Source of the DNA: a virus
Lineage: Duplodnaviria; Caudoviricetes
IMG/VR virus record: IMGVR_UViG_3300020577_009322
Coordinates: 1 to 64,000 of that record
DNA length: 64,000 nt
Strand: one strand, 5' to 3'
Shown one piece after another: positions 37,545-48,530 of this stretch; the first letter of the stretch is position 1, and each line of letters opens with the position of its first letter. A program made the translations under genes and the position numbers. The notes below the pieces were generated by a model. The model was not told the origin of the DNA, did no database searches, and saw only the letters and a list, made by a program, of their open reading frames with translations.

Positions 37545-38532
37545 TTAATATAATATTTGATATTTCACAAATTATTTGTCTCATTGCAGCACCTATAGAG
37601 TCCTTCAATTCTACATATGTAGCATATGTAGAGGATTCGTAAGAACGATTATCCAAATCAGAAATAATTACTCCTAGTTGCTCATACGTTTCCTTAAGAG
37701 ACTGTGTATTAGCACTATCTCTACCTGTGAATAGAGATTTATAATCACCCTCTTTCTTATAAAGAAAGTCTCTTTCTTGTTTTTCTTTCTTTTCCTTTCT
37801 TATTTTGTCAATAATTTCCTCAGTTAACCCAAAATATTTAAGGTTCTGAAGATCATTTGTTGCTTTATATACTTCTGCCATGTGAATAGCTGTACGAGGA
37901 CTAACGAAATCCCCACTCTCATTTATCTTGTGACATATTTGGGCTATTTCTGGATAGTTATTTTTCAAAACTTTTGCAAACATATGATCATAATCATTTG
38001 CTTCATATTTTGGCCACTCAATCTTCATCTCCAGTGGAAAACGTTCCAGCAAAGCCTTAACTGAGTTATCTTCACTTACTTCCTGTTTAGTACGGTTAGT
38101 AAGACATATTACCAATTCAGTACGAATCTTAAACTGTTGCTTACCTTGTCTAAAGATACCTGATGTTAGAATATCTTTTAAAGATAATAATACGTTCATA
38201 CGACTATCCAGTAATTCCTCAAAAACGACATATTTCTTGTTCATAAATGAGTTCTCTACGAGATATTCTATTTCACCAGTCCTCTGAAATTTCTTCATAT
38301 CAATTCCACCAAACATTTTATCTTCAGTCATACCTTCTCCACATGCTTGAACAAATGTCTCTTGACCATTCTTATCTATATACTTTAGAAATTCATTAAT
38401 TATTTCACTTTTAGCATGACCACCTCTTCCATACAAGAAGATATTTTTCTTGGTAAGAAAACCAATCTCTAATATATTAGCCACTTCTTCTGCATATACA
38501 AACTTTTCCAGTAATACGTCTCTTAAATTCAT
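37537..38532 (-). CDS. MoxR/RavA-like AAA+ ATPase
   Basis: YGRGGHAKS, VFEEL, TN, ALLERF. Confidence 0.85.
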   Translation of the reverse strand: MNLRDVLLEKFVYAEEVANILEIGFLTKKNIFLYGRGGHAKSEIINEFLKYIDKNGQETFVQACGEGMTEDKMFGGIDMKKFQRTGEIEYLVENSFMNKKYVVFEELLDSRMNVLLSLKDILTSGIFRQGKQQFKIRTELVICLTNRTKQEVSEDNSVKALLERFPLEMKIEWPKYEANDYDHMFAKVLKNNYPEIAQICHKINESGDFVSPRTAIHMAEVYKATNDLQNLKYFGLTEEIIDKIRKEKKEKQERDFLYKKEGDYKSLFTGRDSANTQSLKETYEQLGVIISDLDNRSYESSTYATYVELKDSIGAAMRQIICEISNIILNG

Positions 38533-38549
38533 TTTTAGTTATTTTTTTG

Positions 38550-39620
38550 TTAAATGTATTTTACTTTTTCCTTATCGAAGAACATCAAAGCTGTTGATAT
38601 TCTATCGATTTCAAAATCCTCATCGCTAACTACTATATGAATAGAAGCTTTTTTCTCAGGATTATCATATTCTAATCCTAGAAAACGACAAATCTTTTGT
38701 GCTGTATCTTCAGGATTTCCTGAAGTATAATTAATTAGTCCTATATTTATAGGAACAATTGTTAGACCAGACTGTGCCATTTTTATTGTTACTAAGCAAT
38801 TACCTTTCCCGTTACAGAAATTAGATAATACTCCCTTTTCTTTATTCTTGGAATGATACACGGGATATCCTAGCTTATCTGCTATCTCAGTAACTCCACA
38901 AAAGCATAGTACTCTTTTTCCAGAGAAGGAAGAGAGTAACTCTTTTGTTTTCTCCATCTTTGCTATAGAATTCTGAATAAGGGATATTTGCTTTAAATAA
39001 ACAAAAAAGGAGTCTTTTTTCTCCTTTTCTAATTTGCTATAGGCATTTTTCAATATCTCGAACTGTTTCTTTTCTGTTCGTTTATTAGGTAGCAACTTAC
39101 TATTATCTAAAGCTACTTTGTGAATGAAAATTTCATAATCACACAATATTCCTTCTTCAACAGCCTGTTCTATAGGATAGTCATAACACACATCAATATC
39201 TGCAAGATTACTTATTTCTTCCTGTGTTTTTTTGGTTATGGTACCACTTAAGGCTAATACCTTCTTTGGATTTATCTTCTTTACAGAACATAGTTGGTTA
39301 GAAGAGCATTCATGTATCTCATCTATAACTAATATATCATAATTGTTAATAGATACCTTATGAAGAGAGCGGTGAGTAGTATATTCTATCTCACCATCCC
39401 ATCCCCATTTTTCTTTGTCTTTTTCCCAACTATCCTTTATATCCAGACGTGGAATAGCTATTAGAGCCTTTTTAATCAAATCTCTCTTAAAGATATCTAA
39501 GGTAACCTTTATTTTTCCAAATCTAGGTGCACATTTAAGCAATGAATGGTATTTTCCACTATAACTATTTACTGCTTCTAACTGTCTTATCTTTCTTATC
39601 CCTTGGTCTTCTATTAGCAT
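38550..39620 (-). CDS. Superfamily 2 helicase
   Basis: APRFGK, VIDEIH, LSGT, QKICR. Confidence 0.85.
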   Translation of the reverse strand: MLIEDQGIRKIRQLEAVNSYSGKYHSLLKCAPRFGKIKVTLDIFKRDLIKKALIAIPRLDIKDSWEKDKEKWGWDGEIEYTTHRSLHKVSINNYDILVIDEIHECSSNQLCSVKKINPKKVLALSGTITKKTQEEISNLADIDVCYDYPIEQAVEEGILCDYEIFIHKVALDNSKLLPNKRTEKKQFEILKNAYSKLEKEKKDSFFVYLKQISLIQNSIAKMEKTKELLSSFSGKRVLCFCGVTEIADKLGYPVYHSKNKEKGVLSNFCNGKGNCLVTIKMAQSGLTIVPINIGLINYTSGNPEDTAQKICRFLGLEYDNPEKKASIHIVVSDEDFEIDRISTALMFFDKEKVKYI

Positions 39621-40260
39621 ATCTTTCTTTCTTTAATTCTGAATATGGTTTAACTTTATTCTCCTCGCTTGTTAGATAAATTAGATAATTTTTGTATTTA
39701 TGATCCTTTTTAGCATATCTATTCAATGTTCTATTTTTGGATCCTATATACTCTCTAAGTAATCCTATACTATTAAATCTTTTGATAAGAATTCCATTAA
39801 GAGTGAAAAGACTAACTTTAATTGAATGAATTTGTACTCGTTTAATAACACGCTTACCTTCTGCTATGGCCTTCTTCATAGATAAAGAAATCCTCTCTCT
39901 TGTAGAAATAGTTGGAGATATTTGATAGTTTAAATCTACTAATCTTCTCTTATTATACTCCGGAGAGATATAATCCATCCAATGTTGCTCACGATCCTTT
40001 AATAGTATTCTAATTTTATCTTTTGATAAATTTTCACAATCTAAAATCTCAAGAATCTTAATATCAAACTTATCAATTCCATATTTATTGAAAGCATTCT
40101 GTAAATGTTTATTATGAATTCTACCCGTCTTGTTAAGACAAAGATAAGTATGTAACCTATTATATAGGTCAATAGAAGATCCTATGTAAGACTTTCTATT
40201 GACCTTATTAATTATCTGATAGATTCCAGATTTGTATCTTATATTTTTCTCTATTTTCAT
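39565..40260 (-). CDS. Free-standing GIY-YIG homing endonuclease
   Basis: SGIYQI...SYIGSS; no intron core nearby. Confidence 0.9.
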   Translation of the reverse strand: MKIEKNIRYKSGIYQIINKVNRKSYIGSSIDLYNRLHTYLCLNKTGRIHNKHLQNAFNKYGIDKFDIKILEILDCENLSKDKIRILLKDREQHWMDYISPEYNKRRLVDLNYQISPTISTRERISLSMKKAIAEGKRVIKRVQIHSIKVSLFTLNGILIKRFNSIGLLREYIGSKNRTLNRYAKKDHKYKNYLIYLTSEENKVKPYSELKKERYANRRPRDKKDKTVRSSK

Positions 40261-40328
40261 AGAATGAATATAAAAAATTTCTAGAAACTTTCCAAATCTA
40301 TTTACTGGGAGCTACCTTTATTAAACCA

Positions 40329-40682
40329 TTATCTTACTATATTACATTTACCTCCTATACATAACTTCTTCAGAGTCTGTAAATTAATATTTCTGATGCA
40401 ATCTCCTGTATTGTGTTTACAGGCTTCTTTTACTTTTACATATCCCAACATGAGATCTTTCTGACTCTTTAGAAATTGACCGTTTATTACTCTTTTAGTA
40501 CCCTTCTTTGTAATAAATGTGGCTGTAAAGAAACGGCCCTTACTAGTAGACATTAGCTCATATGCCCTTTTTCTGGAAATTATATTTTTTACTATTTTAG
40601 GTATAGTAATTTTTGGTATTGGTATAGTAGTTATCTTAGTCTTGTTAGTGGAGACTACTACTGGTTTTAGTTTGTTTTTCAT
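40329..40682 (-). CDS. Conserved phage SH3/WYL-like protein
   Basis: GRFFTATFITKKGTKR...RNINL.TL. Confidence 0.55.
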   Translation of the reverse strand: MKNKLKPVVVSTNKTKITTIPIPKITIPKIVKNIISRKRAYELMSTSKGRFFTATFITKKGTKRVINGQFLKSQKDLMLGYVKVKEACKHNTGDCIRNINLQTLKKLCIGGKCNIVR

Positions 40683-40956
40683 ATTCTAGCTGTTTTTCAA
40701 ATAATTCATCTAATGTTAATTTTCTCTCCCTTTCTACCTTTTTATCATAATTCCTCTTTGGAAAGTATTCTTTATGAAAGTCTTTTTCCTCATATATTAA
40801 ACCCCATTGACCTCCAAATCTTTCATTCATTTTCTCGTATACTCTCTTTCTACCTGATATTCCCTCTATTTCATCAAATTCTATCCAATAATCTCTCATA
40901 CGCTCTCCAGTTATGGGATGTACATGAGAATATCCAAAAGTTACATAGTATTTCAT
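40645..40956 (-). CDS. Hypothetical protein
   Basis: YYVTFG..H...M.ERFG.QW..IY phage family pattern. Confidence 0.55.
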   Translation of the reverse strand: MKYYVTFGYSHVHPITGERMRDYWIEFDEIEGISGRKRVYEKMNERFGGQWGLIYEEKDFHKEYFPKRNYDKKVERERKLTLDELFEKQLEYEKQTKTSSSLH

Positions 40957-41267
40957 ATTTTCTCAAATGTTAGTTTGAATTTTTCACCATTCTTGTGTTT
41001 AAGAACAGCGGAGATATTCTTACCTTTTGCTAAAGAAGCTCTCATTATATGAAGAATTTCTCCCACGCACTCTACCCCTTCAGTAAATAATTCATCTCTG
41101 TTATTTTCAGCTTCCTTCATCATTACGGGATTTTTGGTCACATCTTCTGGTAGGAAATTATCGATTTCTGCAGATAGTTGTTTATCATCCTCTACTACTT
41201 TATTCTGATTTTCTTGTTCGTTTGCTTGCATTGTCTTTATTTTTAATATGTTTGATTTCGTCTGCAC
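40953..41267 (-). CDS. Hypothetical protein
   Basis: Coupled ORF. Confidence 0.5.
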   Translation of the reverse strand: MQTKSNILKIKTMQANEQENQNKVVEDDKQLSAEIDNFLPEDVTKNPVMMKEAENNRDELFTEGVECVGEILHIMRASLAKGKNISAVLKHKNGEKFKLTFEKI

Positions 41268-41424
41268 CTAGTAATACTACCTTCTGCTCACTAATAAATT
41301 CTACCTCATAGTCGTTACCCGTAGGGTATACATGTACTATCGTTCCTATTTCTCCAGCTTTAACATGTTGTCCATCCTTCTTAACCTCAACTATATCTAA
41401 CTCTTTGAAAATATTTCTTTTCAT
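41200..41424 (-). CDS. DUF4926-like SH3-fold protein
   Basis: FKELDIV...AGEIGTIVHVY....YEVEF. Confidence 0.75.
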   Translation of the reverse strand: MKRNIFKELDIVEVKKDGQHVKAGEIGTIVHVYPTGNDYEVEFISEQKVVLLGADEIKHIKNKDNASKRTRKSE

Positions 41425-42365
41425 TAGTACTCTTTTATTGTCATATTCTTGAAATTCTCCTTATAGTGTAGAATAAGATCATTATCACTATTTCTATTCT
41501 TTACTACATGAGCAAATAAATCATCATTTTCTATTGGAAAGTTGACTAATCCCCCTCTTTTTCCATACTGACGTATATTGTATTTGGATGGCTTATTTAG
41601 AACAACAATAGTTTCACTAAACATTGCTGCAGCATCCCCACCATATACATCTCCCTGTCTAGGAAAAGCCTTATCACTTCCATCATCTTGTCTTTCCTCA
41701 AATTCTCTATTAATTTGAGTAAGGAATATAAATGCTACTGGTAATCTTTTCTTTAAAGCATTAGCTGCCATAAGCAAATTAAGTAACATCTGTACCTGAT
41801 TGCCATCAGTAGTAGTCATTTTTGTTAGAAGGGTATGATCAACCCTTACTAATACTCTCTTTCCAGGATTATTGCTACAGAAATCTTCTACAGTCTTAGA
41901 AAAATCCTTAATAGAGAGTGGTTCTTCACAAAAAGTTATTGGTAACTGTCCATAATGATCTCTCAAGAGAGATTTTATTTCTTTAAGTTCTCTATTAGTA
42001 ATAGTATTATTATCTGCAGATATAATATACTTATATGTTTTCTTCAGACGAGCTGATAGTCTTCTAAGTAACATTACCCGAGATGATAATTCCCAATTAA
42101 AATCGAGCAATAGAAAGTTTGGTTTTCCATCACCTCCTAAATTATGCTCAAAACATCCATCAACTATACAGTCTGAAAATGCTGATTTACCAACAGAGGG
42201 TCTACCTCCTATAGTAACTATACTATTCCATTCAATTCCATCGATCATAGCCATATCTAACTTCCTAAAGCCTGTCTTTAAAGAAGTTATACGACCCTCC
42301 ATACGCCCTTCTACATAGTCTATTACTTCATCTATTGCTTCTTTTACCGTCTTTAAATGTGCCAT
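41424..42365 (-). CDS. dnaB: DnaB-like replicative helicase
   Basis: GGRPSVGKS, VDH, LTQINR, VKNR. Confidence 0.9.
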   Translation of the reverse strand: MAHLKTVKEAIDEVIDYVEGRMEGRITSLKTGFRKLDMAMIDGIEWNSIVTIGGRPSVGKSAFSDCIVDGCFEHNLGGDGKPNFLLLDFNWELSSRVMLLRRLSARLKKTYKYIISADNNTITNRELKEIKSLLRDHYGQLPITFCEEPLSIKDFSKTVEDFCSNNPGKRVLVRVDHTLLTKMTTTDGNQVQMLLNLLMAANALKKRLPVAFIFLTQINREFEERQDDGSDKAFPRQGDVYGGDAAAMFSETIVVLNKPSKYNIRQYGKRGGLVNFPIENDDLFAHVVKNRNSDNDLILHYKENFKNMTIKEY

Positions 42366-42970
42366 TATAATAACTTATGTCTGCTCTCCTTTACAGCTGG
42401 TTCTTCTTTTCCTTCACTTTCTAAATCTGTCACCATTTGAGAAAAATTATCCTTTAAGATATAATAATGCATTAAAGGAAACCAATTATCTATAGCGTGA
42501 CATCTCTCTATATGATTTATTAGAGTTCTTTCAATCTTATCATAATCTTTTAAACGATATAACTTCATGGCTTTCTGTATCTTAGCTGAGAAATCTCTAA
42601 CGTTACAGAGAAATGCTATAGATGTTTTTGCATCTTTTTTAATGGATGCTCTTACTTGCCTTAAACCGGTTAATTCGAATATTTTATCCTCACATTTCTT
42701 ATGCATTCTCCCTATACGTGTAGTAAGTGCTATAGATTCCCCTTTTTCCTCGATAATTTTAGGAAAATCACAATTTTCAACCAAATCTATACCTTTTTCT
42801 GTCAATTCATCATTCTCAATATATCCTTTCTTTATTAAGAGATTTAGAAAGCCTTGAATCCTTTTATTTCCTAGTGATTTAACACCATTCTTAATGTTAC
42901 ATAGCAAAACATAATGATCCAGGGTTAATCCATCATCTAAAATCTCGTGATATTTTTTGTCATCTATCAT
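42365..42970 (-). CDS. Putative replication protein with N-terminal wHTH
   Basis: LIKKGYI...LTEKG; directly upstream of the helicase. Confidence 0.45.
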   Translation of the reverse strand: MIDDKKYHEILDDGLTLDHYVLLCNIKNGVKSLGNKRIQGFLNLLIKKGYIENDELTEKGIDLVENCDFPKIIEEKGESIALTTRIGRMHKKCEDKIFELTGLRQVRASIKKDAKTSIAFLCNVRDFSAKIQKAMKLYRLKDYDKIERTLINHIERCHAIDNWFPLMHYYILKDNFSQMVTDLESEGKEEPAVKESRHKLL

Positions 42971-43360
42971 ATTTTCCCTCCTTTTATCTTATCATCAAAG
43001 GTACGAAATCTCCGTTAATTTCGAATCCCAGTAATACAAATCTAGAAAACTTTGGATACTCTTTTCTCAGAAAAGAAATAGCATCTTCTCCACATCCCTC
43101 AATTATCTCCTCAAATTTCTCTTTAGTTTTGTAATCAACTACTCTAAAAACACTTGCAATCTCCATTCTTTTATTATTTAATATTTATTTTTTTATCCAT
43201 TCGAAACATATAAAACTATTTCTATAAGGATGTTGTATATATTTTACTCTTTTATGAAGAATCTCCAGGATACCTGCTATGTAGATTTTTCTCCAATGCT
43301 TTTTGTTTTCCCACTCTAATTCAATAGATGGGAGGAAAATTAATATCCAAAATAATAGTG

Positions 43361-43783
43361 TCATTTGTGACCTTGGTTTTTAAATTGTAATTGAGATTTC
43401 TTCTTGTCATGACGTAAGTCTTGTTTAACAGCTCTCTTCCTAAAAGAATGTTTAACTGACCATTTCTTTATTCTCTCTAAATCTGTCATAGGCTTCTGTA
43501 AAGAATAGAAGTGTTTAGTGGCAATCTCTCTCTTTTCTGGACATTTTCCGGGCTTTGCTATTCTGTATTCTCCGGTAATACCTAAATCCTCTAGAATATC
43601 ATCGGAGAAGGATATAGTGTTATTACAATAATAGGCTGCAATTAACTTAGCCTGATACTCTAATGCAAATGCATCAGCTACAGTAAGAGTTTTCAGTTGT
43701 CCTATTCCAACTATTGATTTTCTTGATAATGTTCTTAATAATATTGTCATAATATAATTGTTATTAAAAGTAACCAAATCCAT
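43361..43783 (-). CDS. Hypothetical protein
   Basis: Coupled ORF. Confidence 0.55.
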   Translation of the reverse strand: MDLVTFNNNYIMTILLRTLSRKSIVGIGQLKTLTVADAFALEYQAKLIAAYYCNNTISFSDDILEDLGITGEYRIAKPGKCPEKREIATKHFYSLQKPMTDLERIKKWSVKHSFRKRAVKQDLRHDKKKSQLQFKNQGHK

Positions 43784-43786
43784 ATT

Positions 43787-45889
43787 TTAGAAAAGACTGG
43801 CTTGTTTAATCTTGAAAGTGTCTGCATAACTCTTAGCCATCTTAGTCTTCTGTATAGCATCTATTCTTTTTAATGTTTCCAGAATATAATAGCTATAATC
43901 TATATTGTAAGATGGCATATCTTTAGCAATATACCTATTAAAATAGGTAACCTTTGGTTGACACATCCAAGGAAAGTCATTATCTTGAGCCTCACAATGA
44001 TTATCCATATAATCCCCTTCATTATTAATACCTCTCTTCTTCATTATATTTCCATCCTTACTAACAAAATATCTTATTAGTTTTTTATGGATACGTGTCT
44101 CTTCCTTACTAACTATTTCTTCATAATGTAATTGTCCAAAAGCTTTCTTTGCAATACAAAAGTCAAAGATATTATTATGATTAGTAATAAAATCGACAGG
44201 GTTTTTACCATGAATAAAATAAGCTTCTAATGCTAATGCAATTATACGTTTATTTTTATTCTTATTTAAAAGAAAGGCGGTTAAGAATTTACCTTTTTTC
44301 TTAACTGATCCATCTATCTTCTTTCCAATATAGCTATTGATAGAGTCCTGCCATATACATTCAAACTGTGCAAATTCTAGCTTGCCCTGTTCTGTATTAC
44401 CTACCTTTTCTTCCCAATCCTTACATATTTTTAGATATTCTTCCCTTTTGTCTGAAGGATACATAGTCATAATACCATCAGTGTTACCACTAACTACTTG
44501 AAAACCAGCTCCTTCCATTGCTTCTATAAGCATTAATATCTCAATTTCATTACCCAGACATACTTTAAGTAGACCCTCTGGATAATGTAGGAAACTACCC
44601 ACCTGTCCTAATTTACCAAATAATCCACCATTATTACATAGCTTTAGCATTTCCTGCAGGCCGGTTAGAGGTCTAGCTTCTTCTTCTCTACCTTCTTCCT
44701 TAAGTATTTTTGCCTTCTTTTTATAATAGGAACGTTTTTCCACATTTCCTTTAGCTATATCAATAATAGTTCTCTTTAGATGAGGAGCATGAATTCCTTG
44801 CTTAATAATAAAATTAGGATATTGTCCACCAACATCAGCATCTTCTAAAGTCCAACCAGGTGGTGGTTTAAGAAGTCGATTCTTCTCGTTACTATGTAAC
44901 CCACCTTTAGCTATTGTATATGTTGTTGATCCCACTTTAAAAGGGAACTCTTGTTCCATATTCTTAACTACCTCTTTACCTAAGTTATCTATAAAGTCTA
45001 TAAATAACTTACTTTTAAAGGAGATAGTAGATGGAAAGAAGTTCTTAAATTTCTGCCCAAAAGGCTGTTTAACCTTCTTAGTGAAGAGAACACTTTCATC
45101 AGTAATTCCTTCAGCTAATTTATAATTTAATTTATTCCAATCTTCTCCAATCTTTACATCTGCCCAATTCAGGCATTTCATTCCTGTTTCTCTCTCAACA
45201 TCGATTCTATCCTGAATCATATTTTTTCCGTTATAATCTTCTAAATGCTCCAGAGATACATTATACCCAAACTTATCTCTAATCAAGCTTCTAACAGCAT
45301 CAAGATTCCCTAACGTAATATATAGAAGACATAGAGTAGCAAAAACATCATGTCTTCTATATATCTTAATTTCTTCTATCTCTTCTTGAGTTAATCCCGT
45401 TTTACTGTGATGAATTGGCATTTCCTCTACATCAATATCTAACATATACTCTACCCACTTTAGAGAAGTACGTTTAGCTTCATTATCAAAGTGATGTATT
45501 TTAAATAAATCAATTACAGCAGTAGAAAAGTTCCATTCTTTATATGGAGAAACTATTCCAAAATTTTGATCTTCAATTATTTTGCCAGCAAAATCTGCTA
45601 TTAATGATGCTATCTGTAGACCACTTAAATCAAACCAATTCTCATAATTATGAATAATATATTCTAGTACCTGATGATCAAATCCGATACCATTAAAAGA
45701 CACCCAATAATCATAGTCATTTTCTGTATAGAACTTTACTATCTTATATAGATCATTTCTATATGCAGATATTTCAAATTCTTCCCATTCCCCTATATCA
45801 GGGTTATATACACCTATATCAAATAATTCCCTATAGGTCTCTATATCCATTACTCCAATCTTCCTGTCAAATCCTTCCGCTAGCTTCAT
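43787..45889 (-). CDS. polB: Family B DNA polymerase with 3'-5' exonuclease
   Basis: DIE, FN...FD, YRRHDV (exonuclease); DADVGGQYP, KLCNNGGLFGK, NTDG (polymerase); C-terminal QASLF. Confidence 0.92.
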   Translation of the reverse strand: MKLAEGFDRKIGVMDIETYRELFDIGVYNPDIGEWEEFEISAYRNDLYKIVKFYTENDYDYWVSFNGIGFDHQVLEYIIHNYENWFDLSGLQIASLIADFAGKIIEDQNFGIVSPYKEWNFSTAVIDLFKIHHFDNEAKRTSLKWVEYMLDIDVEEMPIHHSKTGLTQEEIEEIKIYRRHDVFATLCLLYITLGNLDAVRSLIRDKFGYNVSLEHLEDYNGKNMIQDRIDVERETGMKCLNWADVKIGEDWNKLNYKLAEGITDESVLFTKKVKQPFGQKFKNFFPSTISFKSKLFIDFIDNLGKEVVKNMEQEFPFKVGSTTYTIAKGGLHSNEKNRLLKPPPGWTLEDADVGGQYPNFIIKQGIHAPHLKRTIIDIAKGNVEKRSYYKKKAKILKEEGREEEARPLTGLQEMLKLCNNGGLFGKLGQVGSFLHYPEGLLKVCLGNEIEILMLIEAMEGAGFQVVSGNTDGIMTMYPSDKREEYLKICKDWEEKVGNTEQGKLEFAQFECIWQDSINSYIGKKIDGSVKKKGKFLTAFLLNKNKNKRIIALALEAYFIHGKNPVDFITNHNNIFDFCIAKKAFGQLHYEEIVSKEETRIHKKLIRYFVSKDGNIMKKRGINNEGDYMDNHCEAQDNDFPWMCQPKVTYFNRYIAKDMPSYNIDYSYYILETLKRIDAIQKTKMAKSYADTFKIKQASLF

Positions 45890-46055
45890 ATTACATATTT
45901 ATCTATATTATCTGTCTTTGGTAGATTTACCCCACCACTGTTTCCTAATTCCTCAAAATTAGGAAATTTTTCCGTAACTTTCTCTCTTTTTCCATTTTCT
46001 TCATATATAATTATAGCGTGTCCACAATTCAATATCTGATATGCTATTATCTTCT

Positions 46056-48449
46056 TCATTTTTGTTGTTTTTCATCATATAACATATAGAACCACAAGAT
46101 TTTACTTAAAGGGAATACTTTCTTGTTTTTATCCAAAAACTCATTAAAATACATCTCATAAACAATATAGCCTTGGACATACTCAATACATCTACTGTTG
46201 TAGATACTCTGTAGATTACTTTCTACAAAATGACATCCTGTATCACTTATACAGATAGTTACCCTTACAGTATCTTGTGACATAATCTCTTTTGTATTTA
46301 TAGTTTGTGCAAAAACAAAGTTATGTACAAACATAAATGCTAGGAAAAGTAATTTTTTCATAATTTTCTATTTAATTTAACCTCTTTTATATCTTCAGAA
46401 GATATCTTTTCATGTTCAAATAATTCCATATATGTAGAATTAAATACTTTTCTACCTGTAAGAGTAGTCCCGTTATTCAATTTAACGTCAACTATTTGAT
46501 ATCCCATACCACTCTCCGGAAGATCTAGTAATATTTTTACAAATTTATCACTTAATTCTAATTTTCCCATAAGATTATTATTTTCATTTCTCTTTTTTTA
46601 AAACCAACCGCCTACCAACTCCGCAGCCGCAGGAGTGGAGGAGGCTGCTCCCTTGTATATCCTCCTACATTGGCAGAGTCTTTGGTTGTCATTTTCTTTA
46701 CCCATTCTATAAGCACGTCTGCTGATATCTGTCCTTTTTCAACTTGCCATGCAAGTATTTCCAGTTTTTCAAAATCAATCCCTACATTGGTAGGGGTGGA
46801 CGGGGCTAATTTTTCAATCTGTTTTTCGAGTTCAAAAATCCTTTGCCTTAGAACAACACAAGCCCTTTCATCCATGTGTTTTTCAGCCATTTTCAATATT
46901 GACTTATTTTCATCAATCATCGCTTGTAATATTTCACGATTTTCATTCATAGTGGTTACTGTTTACTGGTTAATTAAAAGCTAAAAGAAGAAGGTAATAA
47001 TACAGGAAGATAGTCTCCTACATCATAACTTTTTCTTATTTCTAACTCTTTTTGGAGTTCTTCGACTGATATGGGATACATTATATCTTTCTTTGGCTTT
47101 TTTATCTTAGTTTTCTTCTTCATATGTTAATTTTTAATGAAAATGGCCACACGGGCCTTTTATTACAATATATTTATCAAATGCCATATTTTCTACAAAT
47201 GGATAAATATTTACTTCACTATAATCTTTATATTTGATACCTAACTGATTTTCATCAAACTCATCTCTCTCTTTTACCCATATAGCTTCCGATGATATTT
47301 CACCTATTACTTTAAATGAACCATATTTAGCTAACATTAAAGTTTCTGTAATCCAACCTCTGCCATAGTGACATTTCACAAATCTATTCATAACTTACTT
47401 TTACAGGTATAATAGTATTTGTTTCTGGATTGGTGATTTTAATAGTGGAACATGAAGGCCATTTGCAATTATTATTTTTTCCACAACTTGCTCCTTCCAT
47501 TTTAATTCCTCCTAAAGAACAATCTAGTGCAAGCTCTATACTTGTAGGAATTTGTTTTGTTTGCAGAGATTTAATTAAATCTTCATAAGATAAATAGTCT
47601 TTATCTGTTGTTAGAACTGAGTTATTCATTCTTCCTTGCTCATAGGCTATTTTTATATCTTCTTCTGTATATTGTCCTTTAGCTTGAGCTGCTTTGTAAC
47701 CAATTTGAAACCCTATAACTTGTGGAAATTCTTTATGATGCTCTGCTATTGTATCAACGTAATATCTTTTTTTATACCATTGTAATGCTTCTATTTCAGC
47801 TTCATCAGGTAATTCTATCATTGGAACTCCTTTAAGTCTTTTAGTTCCTATTGTAGCTATTATTTTAAAACAATTAGCGTCATCACATTTATAAAGTTCT
47901 CGATTTGGGTTAAGAAAATAAAATGTACTTCGCATTGATTTTTTTATATCATTCTTGAATGTATTCCAATGAGTTGGGATTTTATCCTTATCAACCACAA
48001 CTATTAATCCTTCTTCTACAGAAATAATATCTTCTTTATTAAATGTTTTTGTCATCTTATTAAGTGTTTTAAACAATAAAGAATTGCTTGTTCTGTAGAT
48101 TTCTCTAAAGCAGCTTCTACATGAAGTTTAGTAAAAGTTATAAGTCCTTCAACTACAGAGCTTTGTGTTAGTGGTTCACCACTCAATTCCTCTTTAAAAA
48201 ATTCTTCTGCTGTGGGTATATTATTCATTAGTATTGAATTTGTTGTTTAACATTAAGAATAGAATTTCTATCAACAACATGTATCCATTCAGAAGAGTCA
48301 GGGTTTGAATATGTCCGTAATTCTACATTAGCTTCTTCAGCACATTTATCAATAACAACTTCTACTATTTCTTTAATAGCAGTTTGAAAATCAGAGTAGT
48401 TATTATAATCTTCCAATAATCCCTGTTTTGCAAAAAAACTCTTTAACAT
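46056..48449 (-). other. Cluster of small hypothetical genes (46056, 46358, 46612, 47134, 47384, 48228)
   Basis: Closely spaced ORFs; 46056 has a signal peptide; no function recognised. Confidence 0.5.
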
Positions 48450-48477
48450 TTATATTTTTCATAGTTTATATTAATTT

Positions 48478-48507
48478 AAAAAAGGAGATAGGTTTCCCTA
48501 TCTCCTT
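48478..48507 (-). terminator. Intrinsic terminator after the VWA gene
   Basis: AAGGAGATAGG/CCTATCTCCTT hairpin with U-run. Confidence 0.75.
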
Positions 48508-48530
48508 CATCCGAGTATTTATTCTCTACT

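Noticed and set aside
46600-46650. GC-rich patch at the end of ORF 46612
   Set aside because: Too short to assign; no convincing structure or repeat partner was found.
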